Shown piece by piece: positions 36,922 through 45,417 of a DNA stretch of 64,000 nucleotides. The stretch is from an uncultured Oscillospiraceae bacterium (GTDB lineage: Bacteria > Bacillota > Clostridia > Oscillospirales > Oscillospiraceae). A program made the position numbers and the translations under genes. The stretch covers positions 35,433-99,432 of the forward strand of contig CAKTNQ010000001.1 in NCBI GenBank assembly GCA_934589185.1, written 5' to 3'. How positions within the stretch are numbered: the first letter of the stretch is position 1; each line of letters starts with the position of its first letter. The notes beneath the pieces are model-generated. The model did no database searches, was not told the DNA's origin, and saw only the letters and a program-made list of their open reading frames with translations.

Positions 36922-36995
36922 AGCGGAATTGTGTAATGGTAGCACACCGGACTCTGACTCCGTTTGTGAGGGTTCGAATCCTTCTTCCGCTGCCA
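36922..36995 (+). tRNA. tRNA-Gln (anticodon CUG)
   Basis: Acceptor AGCGGAA/TTCCGCT, anticodon loop CTCTGAC, T-loop GGTTCGAATCC, encoded CCA. Promoter TTGACA (36881) ... TGTATAAT (36901-36908). One C-U mismatch at the base of the anticodon stem. Confidence 0.85.
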
Positions 36996-37000
36996 ACAGA

Positions 37001-37032
37001 AACACCCTTGTCATTGACAAGGGTGTTTTTTT
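37001..37032 (+). terminator. terminator after tRNA-Gln
   Basis: aacacccttgtc-att-gacaagggtgtt plus ttttt. Confidence 0.75.
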
Positions 37033-37054
37033 ATCGCACACTTCTGACGTTCAT

Positions 37055-37089
37055 GAAAAAAGCCTCTGCCGGCCGGCAGAGGCTTTTTC
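37055..37089. terminator. bidirectional terminator (serves ireB on the minus strand)
   Basis: aaaaaagcctctgccggccggcagaggcttttt. Confidence 0.75.
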
Positions 37090-37104
37090 CGTTTCGTGCG
37101 CTGC

Positions 37105-37347
37105 TTATTTGTCCAGATAGCTGGTCAGCAGCTCCTGCAGCAGCTCGTCGCGGTCGAGGCGGCAGATGAGGCTGCGGGCGTTGTTGTAGTTGGTGATATA
37201 CGTCGGGTCCTCGGAGAGAATGTAGCCGACGAGCTGGTTGATGGGGTTGTACCCTTTGACAACAAGGGAATGATACACGGAAGTGAGGATCTCCTTCATT
37301 TCTGTTTTGTTGTCGATCGCATTAAACCGTCTGGTTGCGTCTTCCAT
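37105..37347 (-). CDS. ireB: IreB-family regulatory phosphoprotein (UPF0297)
   Basis: 80 aa. MKEILTSVYHSLVVKGYNPINQLVGYILSEDPTYITNYNNARSLI is the conserved UPF0297 core. Confidence 0.8.
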   Translation of the reverse strand: MEDATRRFNAIDNKTEMKEILTSVYHSLVVKGYNPINQLVGYILSEDPTYITNYNNARSLICRLDRDELLQELLTSYLDK

Positions 37348-37478
37348 GCGAAGCCCTCCCTTATACTAGTTCTTGTGCTCATTATACCAAAAAACACAAG
37401 ACTGTAAAGTCAATTTCCCAACTGTTTTCAAAAAAAGTTCTGAAATATTTCTTAAAATATTCCAAATCTTGACGCGGC

Positions 37479-39860
37479 TCAGCGGATGGTCGCGTTAAAG
37501 GTTTCCTTGAGCGCCTTGAGGACGCTCTGCATCGTCTCCTCGGCGTGGTCGTCGGTGAGCGTCTGGTCGTCGGCGCGCAGCGTCAGCGAGAAGGCGACGC
37601 TCTTGTACCCGGCCGGGATCGGCGCGCCGGTGTACACGTCGAACAGCTCGCAGCCCTTGAGATACTGCCCGCCGGCGGCGAGGATGCACGCCGAGAGCTT
37701 GGCGACCGGGATGTCGGCGCTGCAGACGATGGCAATGTCACGCGTCACGGCCGGGAAGCGCGGCAGCGGCGTGTAGACCGGGGTTGCGCCGCGGGCGGCG
37801 AGCATGCCGTCGAGCCGGAGTTCGGCCGTATAAAGCTCTGCGTCCACGCCGTAGTTTTCTGCGGCGAGCGGATGGATCTGGCCGAGTACGCCCAGCAGCT
37901 TGCCGCCGGCGTAGACCTGCGCGCAGCGGCCGGGGTGATAGGACGGGTTGTCGTGCTCTGCCTCGAACGTCACGTCCGTGATGCGCAGACCGGCGAGGAT
38001 GCGCTCGACCGCGCCCTTGAGCTGGAAGAAGTCCATCCCACCGCCGTAGCCGCCGAGGCACAGCAGCTTCGGCTCGTCGGCCATGCCGTCCGGGCGGGCG
38101 AAGTAGACCTTGCCGATCTCGTAGAGACGCACGGCCTTGTTGCGGTAGTTATAGTTGCGCGTGAGGATCTCGAGCATGGACGGCAGGATCGTCGTGCGCA
38201 TGATGGAGGTGTCCTCACCGAGCGGGTTGAGGATCTTCATGGAGTCGCGCAGCGGGGAGTCCGCCGGCAGACGGATCTTGTCATAGTACGACGGGCTGAT
38301 GAACGAGTAGGTGATGATCTCGCTGTAGCCGAGCGCGCGGGCCATGGTGCCGATGCTGCGCTCCGCCTTCTGCGCGTCGGTATAGCCGCCGCTGGTGGTC
38401 TGGCCGCGCATGAGCGTGCAGGGGATGTTGTTGTAGCCGTAGAAGCGGGCAATCTCTTCGGCGATGTCGGAGTAGTGCTCCACGTCGCCGCGCCAGGACG
38501 GGACGATGATCGTGTCGCCGTCGAGTTCGAAGCCGAGCGCGAGCAGGATGCGGCGCATCTCCGCCTCGGACACATCCGTGCCGAGCAGGCCATTGACTTT
38601 GTCCGGCTCGAGCTTCACGGTCTTGGGCACGATGGGTTCGGGCAGCACGTCGATGGTGCCGCGCATGACCTCGCCGCAGCCGAGCAGCTCCACGAGCTCG
38701 CACGCGCGATTCACGGCCGCGACGGTGTTCATCGGGTCGAGGCCCTTCTCGAAGCGGCCGGAGGCCTCTGTGCGCATGCCCAGCGCGGCGGCCGTGCGGC
38801 GGATGCTCGTGCCGTTGAAGTTTGCACCCTCAAAGACGACCATGGCCGTGTCACCGACGATCTCGGAGTTGGCGCCGCCCATGACGCCGGCCACCGCGAC
38901 GGGCTTTTCCTCGTCGCAGATGCACAGCATGTTCGGCGTGAGCTTGCGCGCGTTGCCGTCGAGCGTCTGGATGGTCTCACCCTCGCGCGCGGTGCGCACG
39001 ATGATCTGCTTGCCGCCGATGCACGAGAAGTCGAACGCGTGCATGGGCTGGCCGTACTCGAGCATGACGTAGTTGGTAATATCAACAATGTTGTTGATCG
39101 GGCGCACGCCGCTGTTGCGCAGGCGCTCGCGCATCCACGCCGGGGACGGCGCGATCTTGACATTGCGCACCATGCGCGCGGTGTAGCGCGGGCAGAGCGC
39201 CGGATCGTCGATGCGGATGCTGACGTAGTCGTGAATGTCCTCGCCGCTGCCAGGCACATTGGGCGTGTGCAGCTTAAGGGGCTTGTTAAATGTCACGGCG
39301 GCCTCACGCGCCAGACCGATCACGGACAGGCAGTCCGGGCGGTTCGGCGTGATCTCGAACTCGACCACGTGGTCATCCATGCCGATGACGGCGGCGATGT
39401 CGTCGCCGGGCTTCACGCCCTCCTCCTGCATGACCCACAGGCCGTCCTCAATGGCGTAGGGGTAGTCATGCAGCGTCAGGCCGAGCTCCTTGAGCGAGCA
39501 CATCATGCCGTTGGAGCGTTCCCCGCGCAGCATGCCGGCGTGGATCTCCTTTCCGTCGGGCAGGAGGGAGCCGTCGAGCGCGACGGGCACCATATCGCCG
39601 ACCTTCTGGTTCTGTGCGCCGGTGACGATCTGCAGAGGCTTATCGCCGCCGACGTCGACCTGGCAGACCCACATGTGGTCGGAGTTCGTGTGGCGCACCA
39701 TCTCCACGATGCGGCCCGCGACGACGTTCTGAATGTTCTTGTGCAGGTCCGTGAACGTCTCCACCTTGGAGCCGGAGAGGGTCATTGCCTCGGAAAAGTC
39801 GTGATCGGCCCAGGCCGAGCAGTCTACGAATTCATTGAGCCATTTTCTGCTTAAAATCAT
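37479..39860 (-). CDS. pheT: phenylalanine--tRNA ligase beta subunit
   Basis: 793 aa. tRNA-binding, B3/4, B5 and FDX-ACB domain order. MILSRKWLNEFV N-terminus. Confidence 0.95.
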   Translation of the reverse strand: MILSRKWLNEFVDCSAWADHDFSEAMTLSGSKVETFTDLHKNIQNVVAGRIVEMVRHTNSDHMWVCQVDVGGDKPLQIVTGAQNQKVGDMVPVALDGSLLPDGKEIHAGMLRGERSNGMMCSLKELGLTLHDYPYAIEDGLWVMQEEGVKPGDDIAAVIGMDDHVVEFEITPNRPDCLSVIGLAREAAVTFNKPLKLHTPNVPGSGEDIHDYVSIRIDDPALCPRYTARMVRNVKIAPSPAWMRERLRNSGVRPINNIVDITNYVMLEYGQPMHAFDFSCIGGKQIIVRTAREGETIQTLDGNARKLTPNMLCICDEEKPVAVAGVMGGANSEIVGDTAMVVFEGANFNGTSIRRTAAALGMRTEASGRFEKGLDPMNTVAAVNRACELVELLGCGEVMRGTIDVLPEPIVPKTVKLEPDKVNGLLGTDVSEAEMRRILLALGFELDGDTIIVPSWRGDVEHYSDIAEEIARFYGYNNIPCTLMRGQTTSGGYTDAQKAERSIGTMARALGYSEIITYSFISPSYYDKIRLPADSPLRDSMKILNPLGEDTSIMRTTILPSMLEILTRNYNYRNKAVRLYEIGKVYFARPDGMADEPKLLCLGGYGGGMDFFQLKGAVERILAGLRITDVTFEAEHDNPSYHPGRCAQVYAGGKLLGVLGQIHPLAAENYGVDAELYTAELRLDGMLAARGATPVYTPLPRFPAVTRDIAIVCSADIPVAKLSACILAAGGQYLKGCELFDVYTGAPIPAGYKSVAFSLTLRADDQTLTDDHAEETMQSVLKALKETFNATIR

Positions 39861-39876
39861 GGTAGCCTCTCCTTTC

Positions 39877-40902
39877 TCAGAACTGCTGCAGGAAGCGCAC
39901 GTCGTTTTCGAAGATCAGACGCAGGTCGCTGATCTTAAAGCGGCGCATCGCCAGACGCTCCAGGCCCATGCCGAAGGCCCAGCCGGAGTAGACGTCCGTG
40001 TCGATGCCGCAGCCCTCGAGCACCTTCGGGTGGATCATGCCGGCGCCGAGGATCTCAATCCAGCCCTCGCCCTTGCAGGTGGGGCAGCCCTTGCCGCCGC
40101 ACTTGTGGCACTGCACGTCCATCTCGCAGCTCGGCTCGGTGAACGGGAAGTGGTGCGGGCGGAAGCGGGTGACGGTGTTCTCGCCGTAGAGCTTGCTCAC
40201 GAGCGTGTTGAGCGTGCCCTTCAGGTCCGCCATCGTGACGCCCTTGTCGATGACCATGCCCTCGATCTGGTGGAACATGGGCGAGTGCGTGGCGTCGACT
40301 TCATCCTTGCGGTAGACGCGGCCGGGGGCGACCATGCGGATCGGCAGCGGCTTGCTCTCCATGGCGCGCACCTGCATCGGGGAGGTCTGCGTGCGCAGGA
40401 GGATGCTGCTGTCCTCGGTCAGATAGAACGTGTCCGACCACTCGCGGGCGGGGTGGCCCTCGCTGGTGTTGAGCTTGGTGAAGTTATATTCGGCCTCTTC
40501 GATCTCGGGACCTTCGAGGATCTCAAAGCCCATGCCGACGAAGATGTCCTTGATCTCATCGAGTACGATATACATCGGGTGCTGGTGGCCGAGTTCCGGC
40601 GCCTTGCCGGGCATGGTCACATCGAGCGTCTCGGCCTTGAGGCGCATCTCGAGCATGCGGGCGTTGAGCGCCTCGCGGCGCTGGTCGAGCGCTTGCTCCA
40701 GCTCGGCGCGCACCTGGTTTGCCAGCTGGCCCATGGCCGGGCGCTCCTCCGCCGACAGACGGCCCATCTGCTTGAGGATGGCGGTCAGCTCACCCTTTTT
40801 GCCGAGGTACTTCACGCGCAGGTTTTCCAGCGCGGTGATGTCGTCCGCCTGCAAAATGGCGGCGACGGAAGCCTCGCGCAGCTTCTGCAGCATTTCTTTC
40901 AT
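39877..40902 (-). CDS. pheS: phenylalanine--tRNA ligase alpha subunit
   Basis: ORF 39877-40989, start moved to ATG 40902 (GGAGGAG SD). Class II motifs (HPAREWSDTFY, FRPHHFPFTEPS, GMGLERLAM). Confidence 0.95.
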   Translation of the reverse strand: MKEMLQKLREASVAAILQADDITALENLRVKYLGKKGELTAILKQMGRLSAEERPAMGQLANQVRAELEQALDQRREALNARMLEMRLKAETLDVTMPGKAPELGHQHPMYIVLDEIKDIFVGMGFEILEGPEIEEAEYNFTKLNTSEGHPAREWSDTFYLTEDSSILLRTQTSPMQVRAMESKPLPIRMVAPGRVYRKDEVDATHSPMFHQIEGMVIDKGVTMADLKGTLNTLVSKLYGENTVTRFRPHHFPFTEPSCEMDVQCHKCGGKGCPTCKGEGWIEILGAGMIHPKVLEGCGIDTDVYSGWAFGMGLERLAMRRFKISDLRLIFENDVRFLQQF

Positions 40903-40962
40903 GCAAACAACTCCTCCGTTGCAAGATTTTCGTGGTTCGTTGCGTTCCTTGCCGGATCGCGG

Positions 40963-41170
40963 ACAAAAAAAGATCCTCCCGTCCCGCATACAGGGACGAA
41001 AGGAAACTTCCGCGGTACCACCCGAATTCGGCGCGTGTGCGCCGCACTCTGTGCGCGGTAACGGGCGGACCCGCCGGGGATTGGCCGGAGCTCACGGGCG
41101 AACAAAGTACGTTTCTCGCAGGACGCTCTCAGCCGGCGGCGTCCCTCTCTGGTGCGGAACCTTGGTACTA
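40963..41170 (-). promoter_or_regulatory. T-box riboswitch leader (Phe) for pheST
   Basis: Minus strand: Stem I AGAGAG and GGCTGAGAG motifs (plus ~41125-41152). Candidate UUC specifier at plus 41100-41102. T-box TTCGGGTGGTACCGCGGAAG (plus 41007-41026). 12-bp terminator (plus 40974-41004) plus U7 (plus 40965-40971). Promoter TTGATT-17-TATAAA at plus 41209-41237. Confidence 0.85.
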
Positions 41171-41327
41171 TTTTCCCGATCCAAGCAATAAACTCAATAA
41201 CAAAGCTATTTATACCACACTTTGCGCCACAAATCAATGTAAAAGGGGAAGAAAATTTGACGCGGCGCGCCGAAAACGTTATAATAATCGGAGAAAAATC
41301 ATCCCTTTTCCGTCCGGGAGGCAGTTC

Positions 41328-42176
41328 ATGCACCGCATTGCGTCCTGCGCGCCGTATTTGCCGCGGCGCGCGTCCGATACCAACAAATATGACTATGGCC
41401 GCGTGCTCATTGTCGGCGGCTGCGTCGGCTACACCGGCGCGCCGACGCTGTGCGCCCGCGCGGCTCTGCGCTGCGGCGCCGGATTGGTGTCCGTCGGCGT
41501 GCCGGAGGCGATCTATGCCGTCACCGCCGTGAAAAACGATGAGGCGATGCCGTTCCCCTTGCCGTCGGCGGAGGGGAAGCTGGCGCGCGACGCCTTGCCG
41601 GAGCTGCTCGCGCGGCTGCAAAAGAGCGACGTGTGCGTGCTCGGTCCCGGTCTGGGGCGCAGCGATGCGCTCACGGCGCTGGTGCAGGCGGTCGTTACGC
41701 AGTCCGGCACGCCGCTCGTGCTCGATGCCGACGCGCTCTTTGCCGTCGCGCAGGACGTGACGGTGCTCGACCGCGCCCGCGCGCCCATCGTGCTCACGCC
41801 GCACGACGGGGAGTTTGCCCGGCTGGCCGGGCCGGATGCAGCCGGCAGGGCAGAGGCGGCGTCCAATTTTGCCGTCCGGCACGGCTGCACGGTCGTGCGC
41901 AAGGGGCCGGAGACGGTCTGCGCGTTCCCGGACGGGGACGCGGCGGTGCTGCGTGCCGGCAATCCCGGTATGGCCAAGGGCGGCAGCGGCGACGTGCTGG
42001 CGGGCATGCTCGGCGCGCTGCTGTGCCAGATGCCTGCGCGCGACGCGGTGCAGACCGCCGTCTGGCTGCACGGCCGGGCGGGCGACCTCTGCGCCGGGCG
42101 CATGGGCGAATATGCGATGAACCCGACCGATGTGATCGCGGCCCTGCCGGAGGTCACAAAACCCATCATCCGATAG
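41328..42176 (+). CDS. nnrD: ADP-dependent NAD(P)H-hydrate dehydratase (YjeF C-terminal type)
   Basis: Start placed at ATG 41328 inside ORF 40932-42176. KYDYGRVLIVGGCVGYTGAP and GMAKGGSGDVLAG motifs. Promoter TTGACG-17-TATAAT at 41257-41285. Confidence 0.85.
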   Translation: MHRIASCAPYLPRRASDTNKYDYGRVLIVGGCVGYTGAPTLCARAALRCGAGLVSVGVPEAIYAVTAVKNDEAMPFPLPSAEGKLARDALPELLARLQKSDVCVLGPGLGRSDALTALVQAVVTQSGTPLVLDADALFAVAQDVTVLDRARAPIVLTPHDGEFARLAGPDAAGRAEAASNFAVRHGCTVVRKGPETVCAFPDGDAAVLRAGNPGMAKGGSGDVLAGMLGALLCQMPARDAVQTAVWLHGRAGDLCAGRMGEYAMNPTDVIAALPEVTKPIIR

Positions 42177-42184
42177 GAGGCAGT

Positions 42185-42787
42185 ATGCAGCGCAGAGCGA
42201 TCGCTGCACTGATGATAAGCCTGCTGCTGTTGTCCGCGTGCGGACACGGCGCGGGAGAGCAGACATTCGAAGCCTTTCGTGACACGCTCATGGGCAAATT
42301 CGTCACCACGACGGCGCAGGTGCGCGTCCAGCGCGGCGACACGGTCACGGACTATACGCTCACCTGTCAGGAGCTGCCGGACGGCTATGACCTCACGGTC
42401 ACGGCACCGGAACAGGCGGCCGGCGTCACGGCCCACCTGCGCGACGGAGCAAGCACGCTTGCCTTTGACGACATCATCCTCCCGGCGGGCGATCTCAACG
42501 GCGCGGGCCTGACGCCGCTGACGGCGCTGCCCTATGTGGTGGAGGCCGTCCGCAGCGGCTATGTCGACCTGACGTGGACGGAGGACGGGCTGCAGGTCGT
42601 GCAGCTCATCACGGACGATCATACCGCCGTGCGTCTGTATCTGGACGGCACGGTGCCGCAGTGCGCGGAGCTGTCGGTTGACGACACGCTCTGTCTGCGC
42701 TGCACCATAGAAAACTGGAATCTGGAACAAGGAAGTACGAACGATGAATCGCAAGATCAGAACCTGGGTAGAGATCAGTCTCAATGA
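42185..42787 (+). CDS. lipoprotein of unknown function
   Basis: In-frame ATG 42185 within ORF 41633-42787, with AGGAGG SD at 42175-42180. Lipobox LLLSAC (MQRRAIAALMISLLLLSACGHG). It overlaps the alr start by 44 nt. Confidence 0.6.
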   Translation: MQRRAIAALMISLLLLSACGHGAGEQTFEAFRDTLMGKFVTTTAQVRVQRGDTVTDYTLTCQELPDGYDLTVTAPEQAAGVTAHLRDGASTLAFDDIILPAGDLNGAGLTPLTALPYVVEAVRSGYVDLTWTEDGLQVVQLITDDHTAVRLYLDGTVPQCAELSVDDTLCLRCTIENWNLEQGSTNDESQDQNLGRDQSQ

Positions 42788-43859
42788 CTTGGAACACAAT
42801 TATCGCGAGATCAGCAGCCGCCTGCCGGACGGCTGCCAGATGCTCGGCGTCTGCAAGGCCAATGCCTACGGCCACGGCGCGGTGCGCGTGGCGCAGCGGC
42901 TGCAGCGGGCGGGCTGTCAATGGGTGGCCGTCAACTGCTATGACGAGGCCGAGGAGCTGCGCGCCGCCGGCGTGACGATGAACATCCTGCTGCTCGGCCC
43001 GCAGTCGGCGAATATCGCGGTCGATCTGGCCACGCTCGGCGTGACGCAGGCGGTCGGCAGCATCGAATATGCACGCGAGCTCAACCGCTTTCTCGCCGGT
43101 ACCGGCCTGCGGCTGGACGCGCACATGAAGCTCGAGACCGGCATGGGCCGCACCGGCTTTGATGTGCACGACGACAGCCACCTCGACGAGATGATCGAGG
43201 CGCTCTCACTGCCGCACCTGAACTTCACGGGCGTGTTCACGCACTTTGCCGTCTCGGACGAGAACGGAGATCCGTACACACAGCTGCAGTTTTCGCGCTT
43301 TACGCACGCGATCGAGCGCATGGAGCAGGCGACCGGCCACCACTTCGCCATCCGTCACTGCGCCAACAGCGGTGCTGTCATTAATTATCCCGAGATGCAC
43401 CTCGACATGGTGCGCCCCGGCCTGCTGCTCTACGGCGTGTTCCCGGCCAAAGAGACCGGCGGGCTTGACCTGCGCCCGGCCATGTCGCTCTACAGCCGCG
43501 TGTCCGAGGTGACGCACCACCATGCGGGCGACACGATCAGCTACGGCCGCACGTTCACCTGCCCGCGCGATATGCGCCTGGCCGTGCTGCCTGTCGGTTA
43601 CGCCGACGGGCTGCTGCGCAGCCTCTCCGGCAAGGGTGATGTGCTGCTGCACGGTAAGCGCGCGCCGCAGGTCGGCCGCATCTGCATGGATATGTGCATG
43701 GTCGATGTTACGGACATCCCCGATGTGCAGCCCGGCGACGTGGCCACGATCTTTGGCCGTGACCTCTCGGTGGCCGAGCAGGCGGACAAGGCCGGCACTA
43801 TCCCGTATGAGCTGCTGTGTGCCATGAGTCAGCGCGTGCAGCGCGTGTATATCGACTGA
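42744..43859 (+). CDS. alr: alanine racemase
   Basis: 371 aa. PLP-Lys block LGVCKANAYGHG. C-terminal PYELLCAMSQRVQRVY. Confidence 0.95.
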   Translation: MNRKIRTWVEISLNDLEHNYREISSRLPDGCQMLGVCKANAYGHGAVRVAQRLQRAGCQWVAVNCYDEAEELRAAGVTMNILLLGPQSANIAVDLATLGVTQAVGSIEYARELNRFLAGTGLRLDAHMKLETGMGRTGFDVHDDSHLDEMIEALSLPHLNFTGVFTHFAVSDENGDPYTQLQFSRFTHAIERMEQATGHHFAIRHCANSGAVINYPEMHLDMVRPGLLLYGVFPAKETGGLDLRPAMSLYSRVSEVTHHHAGDTISYGRTFTCPRDMRLAVLPVGYADGLLRSLSGKGDVLLHGKRAPQVGRICMDMCMVDVTDIPDVQPGDVATIFGRDLSVAEQADKAGTIPYELLCAMSQRVQRVYID

Positions 43860-43941
43860 AGTATAAATTTCGCTCCGATGGCGAAAATAACTGTGCCCCT
43901 ACATATCAACCGGGGCAAATATTCCATCGGAGATGAAATCT

Positions 43942-44292
43942 ATGAATCCAGTTCGACGCGGAGATATTTATTATGCCGACCTCAGTCCGGTGGTCGGCAG
44001 CGAGCAGGGCGGCATGCGTCCCGTGCTCATCATTCAGAACGACACCGGCAACCGCCACAGCCCGACGGTGATCGCTGCCGCGATCACGTCGCAGACCGGC
44101 AAGGCCAACCTGCCCACGCACATCTCGCTCGCAGCGCGCAGCTGCGGCCTGACGCGCGACAGCGTGATCCTGCTCGAGCAGGTGCGCACGCTCGATAAGT
44201 CGCGCCTGCGCGAGCGCATGGGCCGCCTGGACGAGCCTGCGATGCATCAGGTGGACAACGCGATCGCCGTGAGCTTTGGCCTGCCGCAGTAA
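43942..44292 (+). CDS. mazF: MazF/EndoA (PemK-family) mRNA interferase toxin
   Basis: [51 protein letters not shown]...THISL...[15 protein letters not shown] is nearly collinear with B. subtilis EndoA. ORF track start is 43933; I prefer ATG 43942 (GGAG at 43929-43932, 9-nt spacing). Confidence 0.9.
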   Translation: MNPVRRGDIYYADLSPVVGSEQGGMRPVLIIQNDTGNRHSPTVIAAAITSQTGKANLPTHISLAARSCGLTRDSVILLEQVRTLDKSRLRERMGRLDEPAMHQVDNAIAVSFGLPQ

Positions 44293-44322
44293 ACACCCAC
44301 GCCACCAAACGGAGGGACGGTT

Positions 44323-44805
44323 ATGAAGAAAAAGACACTGACCACCATCATCCTCATTGTCGCGCTCGCCATGGTCGCCGCCGTGACCGTGTACGCCGTC
44401 GCGAATTACGGCACGAAGGACGACCCGCTTGTCACATCCAGCTACCTGCAGGATGTGGTGCAGCCGCACATGGAGGACGCCTACCGTTCCTCGCTCGACG
44501 GCCAGGTCCGCGAGATGGAGGATCAATTTGCCGATCAGGTCGCCGCCGCGGGCGGGTCGTATGTGCTCGTGACGCTCGAAAGCGGCCAGACGCTCACCGG
44601 CCGCACCGGCACGGAGATCCTTATGCGCACGGGCACTGCCGCCGTGACGCAGAGCGCCGCCATTGACCTCACGACCGGCGAGACTGCCGCCGTTGGGGCA
44701 AAGCTCACGGAAAACCACCTGTACCTCGTGCAGGCGGACGGCGCCGGGATTCAGGCGTCCGCCGACACCACCGTCATGGTGCGCGGCGGCTACAGCGTCG
44801 GCTGA
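44323..44805 (+). CDS. hypothetical N-terminally membrane-anchored protein
   Basis: GGAGGGA SD. TM helix TLTTIILIVALAMVAAVTVYAV, then a soluble beta-rich domain. No family recognised. Confidence 0.5.
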   Translation: MKKKTLTTIILIVALAMVAAVTVYAVANYGTKDDPLVTSSYLQDVVQPHMEDAYRSSLDGQVREMEDQFADQVAAAGGSYVLVTLESGQTLTGRTGTEILMRTGTAAVTQSAAIDLTTGETAAVGAKLTENHLYLVQADGAGIQASADTTVMVRGGYSVG

Positions 44806-44819
44806 CCCGGTTCTAAATG

Positions 44820-44859
44820 CATCACTCCCGCGCATAGTCTGATGCGGGAGTGATTTTTT
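44820..44859 (+). terminator. rho-independent terminator whose 3' arm contains the SD of the next ORF
   Basis: atcactcccgc (44821-44831) / gcgggagtgat (44844-44854) plus T-run 44854-44859. GGGAG lies at 44846-44850 and the ATG at 44860. Confidence 0.65.
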
Positions 44860-45354
44860 ATGCCTGATTATCCGATCCTGCAGCAAAACAAGCCCATCGG
44901 CACGCTGACCGTGACGCAGGAGGGGCTGTTCACGGTGTTTTCCGCGCGGGCAAAGACGGACGCCGACCGCCTGCGGCTCGCCGTGTGCGGCGAGCGGTCG
45001 CGCGCGTATCTCGGCCTGATGCTGCCGGACGGGAGCGGCTGGCTCACGCTGCGCAGGCGGCTCACGCGGCTCGAGCGCGCGCGCCTGCCGGAGCCGATCC
45101 TGTTTGCGGCCGACGAGACATGGGACATTCCGGACGCGCCGGCCCCGGTCAAGGACCCGCCGCAGGCGCAAACGTCTGCGCCGGACGACGGACTTGACGT
45201 GCTCTGGTATTCCGCGCCGGACGGGGTACTCACCACGTTTGACGGCAAGCGGATGCTCATTGCCATCCCGGCGGACACGCCGAACCTGCCGCGCGGCGCC
45301 GAGACCGTGCTGCGCGAGATCGACGGCCGGCCGTACCTCATTTTTCCGCGCTGA
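44860..45354 (+). CDS. hypothetical protein
   Basis: 164-aa ORF with host-like high GC3. No motif recognised. Confidence 0.4.
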   Translation: MPDYPILQQNKPIGTLTVTQEGLFTVFSARAKTDADRLRLAVCGERSRAYLGLMLPDGSGWLTLRRRLTRLERARLPEPILFAADETWDIPDAPAPVKDPPQAQTSAPDDGLDVLWYSAPDGVLTTFDGKRMLIAIPADTPNLPRGAETVLREIDGRPYLIFPR

Positions 45355-45417
45355 ATTGCAATTCCGGTGCCGGCGTGGTATACTCATGGCAAGAAAAAGA
45401 CAAAGGAGCATATCGCG

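Noticed and set aside
43878-44198. 106-aa ORF starting MAKITVPL in the alr-mazF gap, considered as the missing antitoxin.
   Set aside because: After about 18 codons it overlaps mazF out of frame. It then becomes an Arg/Pro/Gln-rich string with no RHH helix pattern. At most it is the stump of a deleted antitoxin (discussed in the findings).
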